The notes under the pieces were generated by a model. The model saw only the letters and a list, made by a program, of their open reading frames with translations, searched no databases and was not told the origin of the DNA. The position numbers and the translations under genes were made by a program. DNA of 64,000 nucleotides from Chrysomallon squamiferum (lineage: Eukaryota > Animalia > Mollusca): positions 17,670,001 to 17,734,000 of the forward strand of contig CM022677.1 in NCBI GenBank assembly GCA_012295275.1, written 5' to 3'. Shown here piece after piece: positions 1 to 11,412 of the stretch. Every line of letters begins with the position of its first letter. The first letter of the stretch is position 1.

Positions 1-434
1 ACTTGAACTAAATGGTTATTTTATTCAGGTTTAATAAATATAAACATTTTACACGGATGTATTACACTAACCTGATTTCTTTTATTTTGGGGAGTAAATT
101 GCTAAATAAAACCAATACTAGAATCTTGATAAATGCTGTTGTTATATGATATTTTTATCCTTCTGAATAACCAAAAAGTAAAATGTAAATTGTGGCAATA
201 AATCTTTCAAAATATTTTTTAAATGTCATGTTCATCTGGAGGTGAATGCATTTGCCAGCATATCATATTTTGTTATGTTAATTATTTTAAATGTAACCTA
301 ATACTTGATAAATGATCTGTTTCCCAGTGTAAAATATCTGAAATAAGATTATATCTTCCAGTAATACACCAGTGGTGAATAAATTTGTCAGCTAATAATA
401 ACTTTATAGTTTTCACTTGAATTAAAATCCTTTA

Positions 435-505
<71 letters not shown>

Positions 506-1284
506 TTAATGATAATAACAATAATAAAATGTCCCTAAAAAAATGCTAGAATCTTTCAGACCCATCTTGCAGAATTTAAATGTATCAAAGAAATTCTCCA
601 AATTCTCTTTTTAATGTTAAATTATCTGGTGGAAACTTCAAACATTTTTTATTTACTGACCAGTCAGGATTTATTTTTGAATTATATTTCACTCATGGTT
701 TTCATAAATCTTTACATGTTGTTTAAAACCCTTTTAATGTCACAAAGGAACATGCTTAGAACTTCAAAATATTACCTTAACTATACACGTGGCATTGTAA
801 ATCTTTGTCAAGATATTTAAACCCTCTTAAAAGTCAAAACAATTCACCTAAAAGCATTTTCTTTGTAAAAAAATATAAAAAATTAAAAAATTTGGTAATG
901 TACAGTTAACACAGAATCATCAATATCATAAAATATTTGTAAAAAAACCATAAAAATAAATATAAACAGCTGTATCCTAAGAATTTATATTTTCACTTTA
1001 CATTTTTTTTATGAAGCTTTGTTCTTCAAAAGAAATTTTATTACAACCTTCTAATGACAAAGGTAAACCATACGATCGCAAGACATGATAAAGAGATGTA
1101 CAAGTTTATGTCACTGTTGTAAAAAGTGTATCCTAAAGTCTTGAATTTTTTTTATATCGCATTTAATCACGTTTATGACCATATTCAATTTGATACCATG
1201 GAAACAAATATATAATCTTTGTAATAATCTTTGTAATAATCTTATTGTTTTGAGGCATGTTAAACAAAAATATAAAACACAGAG

Positions 1285-1319
<35 letters not shown>

Positions 1320-1522
1320 AACTTGAAGATGTTTTTTGTTTTCACAATAATAATAATAATAATAATTAAATGCACAATATCTAATTCATTTTCCTTGTAT
1401 GTTTTAAAGTTATTAATGAAAGAAAGGGAAAGAGACCCAATGGAAAAAAACGATTGTGCATGTTTATATATTAATGTATATTTATATATATATGTGTGTG
1501 TGTGTGTGTGTATCTGTATGTG

Positions 1523-1577
<55 letters not shown>

Positions 1578-1597
1578 AGTGAAATGAATGAGTACAC

Positions 1598-1633
<36 letters not shown>

Positions 1634-1670
1634 GAAGGGATAAACAGAGAGTGTAAGAGTGATATGTTCA

Positions 1671-1870
1671 CAGATGAAGAATACCAGTGTTATTGCATCT
1701 GTCAGTTCTACCACCTGCTGCCAACAGCTGTCAAAACACAGTTGCCTCCCTTGCACTGTTTTCCTAATGAAATGAGATAAAATTCATTTCGTGGAGTTGT
1801 ACTATGAAAAAAATGTCTAGAATTTTAAATTTTCTTTTTTAATTAAAAAAAAAGGTTACAGATGCACCTG
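1671..1870. promoter_or_regulatory. Intronic E-box cluster (7 x CANNTG)
   Basis: CAGATG 1671, CATCTG 1696, CACCTG 1712, CAGCTG 1725, CAGTTG 1739, CAGATG 1859, CACCTG 1865. Confidence 0.45.
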
Positions 1871-1898
1871 CTATATGTGTCTGCTTGATAAAAAAAAA

Positions 1899-1929
<31 letters not shown>

Positions 1930-2233
1930 ATAGATAGATAATTCTTAAAGTAGTGTTATCACAAGCATTTACAAATGAAAGAGAAAAAGTAATAACAGTA
2001 TAAATCTTAAGAGATTTATATACAAGTGGATCTTCAGTTGGATTCATGCAAAGATCCAGGATATTGGTTTTCGACAGGATCATTATATTTTCCATTAATA
2101 AAATAATTTTTGCGAATTATTCACATAATCATTCGAGACAGGATCAAAAAGTCATATAAGACTGAGTACATTTTGTCTTTTATTATTATTTATTTACTTA
2201 TTTTTTTACTTTTTTAAATTTTTTTCTCCCTAG

Positions 2234-2294
2234 GGTGGAAGTTCAGGTTTACCAGAGACTCACCGAGGTGTGGTTTCGTCAGTGTCCACAGAAA
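2234..2294 (+). CDS. TCF12: E-protein internal exon (GGSSGLPETHRGVVSSVSTE)
   Basis: tttttctccctag| acceptor and |gtaagt donor; 61 nt, open frame, ends in phase 1, matching the next exon. Confidence 0.75.
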
Positions 2295-2589
2295 GTAAGT
2301 ACAGACTTAAACCAAATACTGGTATGCTTTATCTTAAACTCATACACAACATCACAGTAAAGGTTATGTGTAAATAGCATCATTACTGCTAAATACTGCT
2401 TAGCAGTTATTTTTTGTTACTATTACAATCACTAATAGGCCTTCTGCTGCTGCTATTACCTTTATCTTATATTACTGTTACTATTATTACTAATACTACT
2501 TGATTATTGCTAGTATATACTATTGCTAAGTCGTCGTCGTTATTGCCATACATTATTATTGTCTACCATTATTAGTGGTAGTAGGATTG

Positions 2590-2915
2590 GTGTTGTTGTT
2601 ATCGTAATATGTCATCATCATTATTATCATCATCAGTCGTCATTAATCATTATCATCATTATTGTCATCAATATCAGTCATCACTATCATTATAATTATC
2701 AGTCATCATCATCACTCGTTATCATTATCAATCATCATCATTCTTATCATCAGTCATTATTATCATAGTCATCATTAATCATCATCAATCATCAGTCATT
2801 ATCATCAACCATCAACAGTCATAATCATCATCATCAATCATCATCAGTCATTATCATCATTATATCATTATTATCATCAATATCATCATCATCATTATCA
2901 TCATTGTTATCACTG
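2590..2915. repeat. Degenerate (ATC)n low-complexity tract abutting the acceptor of exon 2925
   Basis: Runs of atcatcatc and cagtcatc. Confidence 0.9.
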
Positions 2916-2924
2916 TTGTTACAG

Positions 2925-3096
2925 ATCTGAGCGAGGATTCGTCCAAATCGACAGACGCCAGCATCAAAGTTGAGAAGTTGGAGAAAGCCGAACTGGACAC
3001 ACCGAAGCACGAGTCGACTTCGAAACCCGCGAAGACTTCACACTCAGGCTCCTCCTCCACCCCTAGCAACCCCACCCCGGGCGGGAAGAGACACAG
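2925..3096 (+). CDS. TCF12: E-protein internal exon (N-LSEDSSKSTDASIKVEKLEK...PTPGGKRH)
   Basis: GC-rich island with gttacag| acceptor and ag|gtgggt donor; phase 1 to phase 2; contains an IKVE psi-K-x-E SUMO-type motif like the IKxE motif upstream of E-protein bHLHs. Confidence 0.88.
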
Positions 3097-3383
3097 GTGG
3101 GTGCAGGCTGTTTTCATACCAGAACAGTTCCAGACTCAGTCATTACAGTTACATACAATAATACACCCATGTTTAATAATCTTTTGTATTGAATGCATTT
3201 TAAATTTTTATTTCTTTTTTTTTTTTTATTTATATGTATAATAAAGAATATAATAGTAATATAAATATAAATATTTAGCAATTTTGATATTAAATGTATA
3301 AAAAAAAAAAAAAACAGTATTTTAAATGTATTTTAAATTTTGTACGTTAAAGAAAGAAATGTGTATATAATTATTTTTGGTTA

Positions 3384-3434
<51 letters not shown>

Positions 3435-3779
3435 GATTAAATCAGATTTAAATCACACTGAATTACTAAAGAATACTAATACATTATTACCCTCCAAAAA
3501 AATAAAGTAAATTTTAAAATAAGTCTTTACCAGATTAATTAATAAAATATTTTCAGTCAGTTGAAATACTGATCTTTATGACATTTAGCCATTAACTTAC
3601 TTAATCAAATGTTTAAAATGAATCAGAACAGAGTAAACACATTTTAATTATTTTTATCCGTTACTTAACAAAAATGCTTTTAATAATGAATAAACAGATC
3701 CTTTCTTTTATTATTTCTTTTTTTTAATGATTATAAGTGATAAATTATTATATTTAATAAAATGTTTTGGATCAATCAA

Positions 3780-3815
<36 letters not shown>

Positions 3816-3943
3816 CAATATTTACTGATTACTTTAATTACTCAAATGTTTTCAATCAATCGATACAGAACTTTTTTTTTAGATCCAATGTTTACTGATT
3901 ACTTTATTTACTAAAATGTTTTCAATCAATCGATACTGTTTAG

Positions 3944-3997
3944 GTTGTTCTCTAGAGAGGATAGGTCAGATTCCACTTTACCTGTCAGCATGGACAG
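3944..3997 (+). CDS. TCF12: Candidate 54-nt symmetric cassette exon (R-LFSREDRSDSTLPVSMD)
   Basis: tgtttag| acceptor and cag|gtaact donor; phase 2-2, no stop, higher GC than its flanks. Confidence 0.55.
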
Positions 3998-4506
3998 GTA
4001 ACTATCTTTGTACATTTCACACCTGTTCATCACCTTTGTTCAAAAGTGATGGGCCATACATTTATTTACTGTTATTGTTGTTACGAATATTTTAAAAACT
4101 GAAATTAGTGTTACTGATTTTTAGTTGTTGTTATTATTATTATTCAGCATGATAATCATCATTATTATTATTATTATTATTATTATTAAAATGAATTTAT
4201 ATCTTAATGTATGATATCTGTATATTTTATATTTTTATAATTATGCAAAGCTATGGGCACCCTTTATCAGTTAGCTGTAAATAAAAATGTTTGTTGACCT
4301 TCCCATATACAGCGTAATGTATCTCCATCACTGACTGTTACAGAACATTGTCTGGAAAACAAAGGATTTAACTAATGTAAATTTTTTTTAAAAACTGAGC
4401 TGGATCAGAAATCCAATAATAGAATAGAAATCCAATAATCTAGATTACAGAAACCCATATACATAGACGTCATAAAAGCATAAACTTTATTAATCAGCTG
4501 TAAATG

Positions 4507-4538
<32 letters not shown>

Positions 4539-4938
4539 CAAATGAACAATTAGACTGTGGATTAGACAGAAGTCACGGAAATAAATGAATACATTTTAAT
4601 TTTTTAAATTTTTTTCAGAACTCTTCCACTAGAAATTAATTACAGAATTTATGTTTTCAGGAATACCGAAGAAATCGAGCAGAAACCAATTATTATCATC
4701 TATTTTATGAAATCAAGAGTTACTGTCGCAAATTATTTATATAAATCTGCTTTTCAGCAATCTCAAGAATGTAGAAAAAATCAGCTTCAACAATATTTAG
4801 TCTTATTTCAGGAGAGTTGAGATCCGAAAATTATCTACCACAAATTTATGTTTCAGCAGCATTCAAGACGTTGGCATAGGCAACTGTGACAAAATTTAGT
4901 TAGAATCAGAAATTATTTTTATCAATTTATGTTTTCAG

Positions 4939-5028
4939 CAGTAGTGAACCTGATGACCCAAATGAGTCTCCGGAAACGAAGCACGAAAGAGAAAAATTAC
5001 GACGGCAGGCCAACAATGCCAGAGAAAG
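4939..5028 (+). CDS. TCF12: E-protein exon encoding the acidic pre-basic segment and basic region (SSEPDDPNESPETKHEREKLRRQANNARER)
   Basis: ttttcag| acceptor (followed by in-frame CAG and TAG) and ag|gtaggt donor; 90 nt, phase 2-2; RRxANNARER is the E-protein basic region. Confidence 0.95.
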
Positions 5029-6560
5029 GTAGGTTCTTTATTGTTATGAAAGGATGGTTCTCTAGTCTGTGTTCGTTAATTTTGAGTTTTATTCAAGAAC
5101 GTTAATTAATTGTAGAAGATTAACAGAAAAAGGTTTTAAATTTTATTCATATACTTAGTTTGTTGATAAACTGACAAATTATATTAATATAAATTTTAGT
5201 AGGAGGTTTGATGCATTCCATAGATGATTCTTTAACTGTGATACAGGTTTATTCATGAATAAGTTGTAGATTATTCATGAAAATTGGGATTATCAGTGTT
5301 GATGAGATTTGGTATTTTTTTTATTTCATGAATAATCACTGTATTTAGTGAAATATTCCTGAACTGTGTATTCTTATTCATGAATATAGATTTTCAGAAT
5401 TTTCATGAATAATATTTCAGTATATTTGCATTTTTTTTATTTTTTTTTTTAAATATTTTTATTTGTGGTTGATGGTATTAATGGAGAATTTTTAAAGATT
5501 GTTTCAGGAATAATTTAAAAAAAATAATGAATGTCCTTTCTGGTCAAACCATGAATGTAAAATTATTTATACAAAGGTGGGTGCCAGAAAAAGTAAATGT
5601 TAATTTAAATTTATTCGTATCATCTTACTTAAATAATGATTGATGAACACTAAAATATTACATTATAGAAGAATATTATAAAAAGTGTTATTATTATTTT
5701 TTTTAATTATATGGGTTAAAACGTAATGTTAGATTCAGATGATTAAATAAAAAATATACAAATGTGAATAGGATGAAGAAATATGAGGGCTTTTTACATC
5801 TGTTTTATTTGTCTTTAAAATGTTTTCATTTTGTAAATTTAAAAAAAAAAGAATAAAATATGTCATCTATTTGGATGTTAGAGACATTTTGTGTTTAAAT
5901 TTGTTTTAACTTTTCACATTTTGTTACTTTAAAAATACGAGAAATTCCATTTGGATGTTATAAATTATTTTGACAATTGGACATTCCAATATTAAAAAAA
6001 AAAATAGTTGTCATTGAGAGAAACTGTTTTAATTAAACCCCCTTTTGGAAAATTGAAGCTTCTTGTAATTAAAAATGTGGAAAATTATAAGTGATAAAAA
6101 AGAAAAACAAAAATAAAATAATAATCAAATAATTATTTTTTAAATGTTGCCAGGAGAAATGATTTAAAATGTTTTGTCATAGAAAAGTATTTTGATGTGT
6201 TACATTATATAAAATGACCATAAATCAAATTAAAATTTAAAAACAACAAACAATGTCATCAAGAGAAATGATTTTAAACATTTTATTATTATTAAAATTT
6301 TTATTATTATTAGTGACAAAAATAACAAAAATTAAAAAAATAAAATAATCAAATAAAAATATTTTTAAATGTGAGAAAATATTTAAAAAAAAATAAAATG
6401 ATCAAATATAAATATTTTTTTTTTAAATTTTAAAAATGGTAGAAAAAAAAAAAAATTAAAAAAAAAAAAAAAATAATAATTTATCCACCCCACTTCGTGG
6501 GAATGTTACAGACAATCTCTTTTTTTTTTTTTTTCCTTTCTTTGTCTTGCGACAATTCAG

Positions 6561-6706
6561 AATCAGGGTGCGAGATATTAATCAGGGTTTCCGAGAGCTT
6601 GGTCAGATGGTCATGTTGCACTGCGGATCAAGCCAACCACTAACCAAGCTGATGATAATCCAACAGGCCGTCAATCTAATCACCTCGCTCGAACAGCAGG
6701 TCAGAG
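6561..6706 (+). CDS. TCF12: HLH exon A (alternative): [48 protein letters not shown]
   Basis: Long poly-T tract plus ttcag| acceptor and g|gtcagt donor; 146 nt, phase 2 to phase 1. Confidence 0.9.
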
Positions 6707-6761
6707 GTCAGTTTCAGTTATCTCCCTTCCCATACGTTTTTTTTCTTCTTCGTTTCTGCAG

Positions 6762-6907
6762 AGTCCGTGTTCGGGACATTAACGAAGCGTTTAAGGAACT
6801 AGGTCAGATGGTTACTATTCATTGCGGGTCAAGTCAACCTTTAACAAAACTCATGGTACTTCAGCAGGCAGTAAATGTCATCACTTCTCTTGAACAACAG
6901 GTTCGAG
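6762..6907 (+). CDS. TCF12: HLH exon B (alternative, canonical-like): [48 protein letters not shown]
   Basis: ttcgtttctgcag| acceptor and g|gtcagt donor; 146 nt, phase 2 to phase 1; INEAFKELG matches the E-protein consensus. Confidence 0.95.
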
Positions 6908-7620
6908 GTCAGTCTTTTCGAGTTGTTTAAAACAAATATTCAGTCGCAAAAATGATAAAATATCACGTTTTTTTTTAATTTTTTAAATATCTGACGTAAT
7001 TTGGCAAAAATTATATATTAAATTAATTAACGTAATTGTAACGTTTTTTGGTTTTTTTGACTAAATTAGTTTGTTTAATTATTTATTTATTTTATTTTAT
7101 TTTTTTTTAAATTGGTGTAATTTTTAAATTTAAATTATTTTTTTTAACAAATTTAATAATTTTTATAATTATTATTTTATTATTATTATTATTAATTTTT
7201 ATTGATTATATATTTTATTTTATTTTTTTTAATTGATTTCATTTTTGCTTTTTAAAAGTCAGCTTCTAAAAGTTATTATTATTGTTTTTTGTAAAATTAA
7301 TTTTCATATTAAAAAAAAGAAAACTTTACTGAATATTCAGGGTTTCCATAGTTCTTAGAAGGCAACAATTTTCAATGTTTTAAAAGACAAAGCAATTTAA
7401 ATTCTAAAAAATATTTATTTATTTATTTATTTAAAAATAATAAATGAAAAAGAAAAGAAAAGAAGAAAAAATAAAACATGGAAATCCTGAGTATCCAATA
7501 TATTTTTGAAAAAAAAAAAAATTGAATTTCACTTTGAATTTTTGCAGAAAATTAAAATATTTTGTTTTTCATAACTCGATTATGGCAGCCCCAAACTGAT
7601 TTCGGGAGGGTTGAATTAAC

Positions 7621-7651
<31 letters not shown>

Positions 7652-8535
7652 TGAATTGTACTTATAATTCAGATTTTGACTGATAATTTCAGAATTATTG
7701 GGGAAAACGAATCTGTTATAGCATAAAAGTGAAACCATTTGTGACCAATTGCTTATTTTAATTCTTAATTCATTTGTAACAGTTTATGATGTCACTGACT
7801 CCATTTGTGATGTCACAATCGTGATGATGTCACTTAGTTTCTATGATGTTTTATGTTTTGTTTGTTGTAATACAGTAGGTATAAAGATGCAGTATGTAGT
7901 GGTCTCCCTTTATTCAGTTTCGTGTCAATAATATAAATTATTTTTGTATATAATATTTATTTATTTTACAGTAAATTGCCATAATTAACTGTTATTTAAT
8001 TTATTTTATTTATTATAAAAAATATTTAAAAAGAAAGAAAAAAGAAAAAGAAATACAGTATATAATAATAAGAAAAAAATATATAATTTGATTCATCCTG
8101 GAGTTAATTGTATTTCTGTAAATAGAGGGAGATAAATCAGTTAACTAAAGGGAGATAACTAGCATGTGTAAAAATTATTATTTCAGTTACGAAAGGTTCA
8201 TTGATTCAGAAACCTTTTCCTTCATTTATTTATTTATTTATTTATTTTTATTATTATTTTATTTTATAATTTCTATTTAATATGAATAACAGGTACACTT
8301 TTACAACTATTAAAACAAACCATTTATACTGGAGTTAGCTAAAAAATTGTTATTCATCGCTTAATCTAAAAGTAATTTAAAATATGTTTTGGTCCTTTCC
8401 TCTAATGTTTCTGTAGAGAGGAAGTACAGTAAAGTACTGTGTAGTTTTTTTTTTTAATCATTTTCCTTATCACTTTAACTTCGTTAATTCAGAAACGAAT
8501 GAAAATTAATTTTTAAAAAATGTTTTTTTTTCTAG

Positions 8536-8649
8536 AACGTAATCTGAACCCGAAGGCTGCGTGTTTGAAGAGGAGAGAGGAGGAAAAAGGTGAAGATATG
8601 CCGGGTCGTATCCCTGGCGACGACATTACCCAGCAGGCTGCCTTGGCAG
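8536..8649 (+). CDS. TCF12: E-protein C-domain exon (ERNLNPKAACLKRREEEKGEDMPGRIPGDDITQQAALA)
   Basis: ttttctag| acceptor and cag|gtaagg donor; ERNLNPKAACLKRREEEK is the conserved post-bHLH motif of E-proteins. Confidence 0.95.
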
Positions 8650-10260
8650 GTAAGGTACGGTCCATACTTGCTTCATCCCCTTTTTTGGGAATGTGGGTTC
8701 AAAACCAGAGCATAGCTTGGAGAACGGTTTATATACATATTTTCATCTGAATTTTTATTATTAGAGTCTTTAATAATTATTTTAAATCTTTAATACTTCT
8801 CAAATTACTAATTTTTGACCATTTTTTTTTTTATCAGATAAAATTTTGGTATATTTTGATCCTAGGAATGTTATTACTTTGAAACTATTCTGAAAACTTG
8901 AATGAGATGCTAGCTAAAATGTAGAAGTAATTTTATTTTTTAAATATTAACAGTTAATCTGTTTAGATATTATCAAAAGTTTTTGGTATTAAACAAAAAT
9001 TAAACAGATTCCTGAAAACTAGATTTCAATGTTTAAAATGTTTAAAACAATTGGAAAAAAAGAAAATCATATTTATGATGCCAGCATATTTATTAATTTC
9101 TACAGCTAGCAAATATAATGTTTAAAAAAGAAATATTCCAAAACCAAATCTATTTAGTTTAAAATTGATTTCAAGTTGTTTTTGTTTTTTATATAAAAGA
9201 CAAGATTTTTTTACAATACAAATAGTTTAGCTTAGATGTTTTTAGTTAACTTTGAAAAATTAAAACAGAATGAATTATAAAAAACAGGTAAAAACAATAA
9301 AAAAAATTTTAAATTAACTCATAGAACGATAGTAATATAGACAGTAAATATAAATAAAAAAAATAATAATAAATCATCAGTTCTTTTAATAAGATTTTTA
9401 TAAACTAAAAAAAAAAAAACGATATTCAGAAGAAAATATGTTTTCGGCATGATTTGGGAATATCTCCTCAAGGTAACCATTTTGTTTTTCTTCTTCTGCA
9501 TGGGTTGAAGTTTTTAAAATTTTATTTTCTTGTCCTCCATTCCAGTTTTATTCCAATACAAACAAAACTTTAATTTAAAACACATTCATAATCTGCAAAC
9601 AAAACCCAATGCCCACTATTTGATAAAATATTTATTTTTAAAAATCTGTAATAATGTTAAACATCTTTTGGGGATAATAGTAATAAAAAATCATTAATTA
9701 TTTTAAAAAAAAGTATTTAAATTTAATAAAAAAATTATGTAAAGATGTTAGTTTGTTAATTCATTAAATGTAGAAAATAGATCTTTTTGATGTTGCAAAT
9801 TCACTTTTAAATAATCATTTGAAACATTTAAAAACAATAAAAAAATAAGTTGAATAGATACATAAAAAAAGGTTAATAAAATAGGAAAAAAAAAAAAAAA
9901 AATAATAATAATAATAAAAAAATAAATAAATACTCTCTCATTTGGAAAGTTTTCAGTTTGGCTCAAAAAATTTATATATTAAAAAATTAAACACTATTGA
10001 GGTCAGTAACACCACAGTTAAAAAGAAAAGAAAAAAAAATGTATTTTTAATTGGTTAAAATTTACAGAGCATTACTGTTTGGTAATCTGATTGGCACTCT
10101 AGTAAATAATGTTAATTTTTTATTGGCTGCTATTTTTAGCATGTCACTATTTGGTAATTTGTTTGGCACTAAAAGAAAGTTTATTAAATTTGTATTGGCT
10201 GCTATTTATAGCAAATACTTTGATTGGCAGCAGAACATAGTTTGAGGTATTTCTTTTCAG

Positions 10261-10324
10261 ATTCCCTTCACAAAATGATGCATACATTATCATCGATAGC
10301 CGATCCAGAGGAGTACACACAAGC
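10261..10324 (+). CDS. TCF12: Candidate alternative 64-nt exon giving a short C-terminus (DSLHKMMHTLSSIADPEEYTQA*)
   Basis: tttcttttcag| acceptor and a consensus |gtaagt donor; open in the phase-1 frame. Confidence 0.55.
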
Positions 10325-11149
10325 GTAAGTTTAATATGCAAATTAGTGAGAAATCAAAAAGTCAAAACTAAAATAAAGTGGAATAGGATTTTTAAAAACA
10401 ATAAATGTAATACAATTTCAAAAACAAAAAATAAAATGATTTAAGAAATATAATTTTTTTTTTGGTATTTTGCTTAGAAAGTAACAACTAAATAGGGCCC
10501 AAAAACTAAATATACATATATATATATATATATATAAGTTGTTGTTTAGTTAATTTGTTTTTTTCAATCCACATTTATGCAAAGGATTAATGGTTTAATT
10601 TGCTCTTGCTGGTTACAGGTTCTTCTTTATTGATTTTAGTTTATTATTATTATTATTATTTTTATACCAGTGTTCTGGTATTTATTTTTTGGTGTTGGGT
10701 ATTATCTGTGAAAATTGTTCAAACTGTATGCATAGTGAAACAATAATTAGATTAAACATATTTCTTTATTCCATGATAATAATAATAATAATATTTTAAA
10801 AAAAATATATGTACGTGAAGTGTAGCTTTTTGGCATTTATCAATGCCTTTATTACCAACAAATGGAAACAAAATACAAAATATATAAATCAGGTTTCATA
10901 ATCAGCCATGTTTAGTATATTTTTAAAATTGTAATTAATAAAATAATTAGTGGGCAAATACCATTATTATTATTATTAAGAAAGGAAACATTTTACAACA
11001 GTTTTAAGCAGTTAAATTATGGACAGAAATTTTAAAATTCTTTTTCATTAACTAATTACTTTAGTAAATCCATCATGATGCACACTTTTTTTTGCATGTA
11101 CACTATTCTTGTTTATGCATGTTCCACCTAATAAAAGAAAATATTGTAA

Positions 11150-11184
<35 letters not shown>

Positions 11185-11262
11185 CTACAGCTAGCAAATA
11201 TAATGTATAAAAAAGAAATATTCCAAAACCAACACAATTAATCTGCATTAAAGATGAAAATA

Positions 11263-11332
<70 letters not shown>

Positions 11333-11412
11333 TCAGAGTCAGAGTCAGAGTCCATATGATAAAGAGATAATAAATTATTTCTTCTTTTTTTATCTTTTTT
11401 TGAACTTTTCAG

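Noticed and set aside
5250-5412. Five TTCATGAA palindromes
   Set aside because: Most likely a degenerate AT-rich tandem repeat; no support for function.
6561-6907. Exon duplication as an assembly or haplotype artefact, or a pseudo-exon
   Set aside because: Extensive synonymous divergence, mostly conservative replacements, no indels and intact splice sites in both copies.
6547-6930. 127-aa ORF read as a standalone gene with two HLH domains
   Set aside because: It starts at a TTG inside a pyrimidine tract, and splice signals show two alternative exons of a larger gene. Read-through is kept only as a hypothesis.
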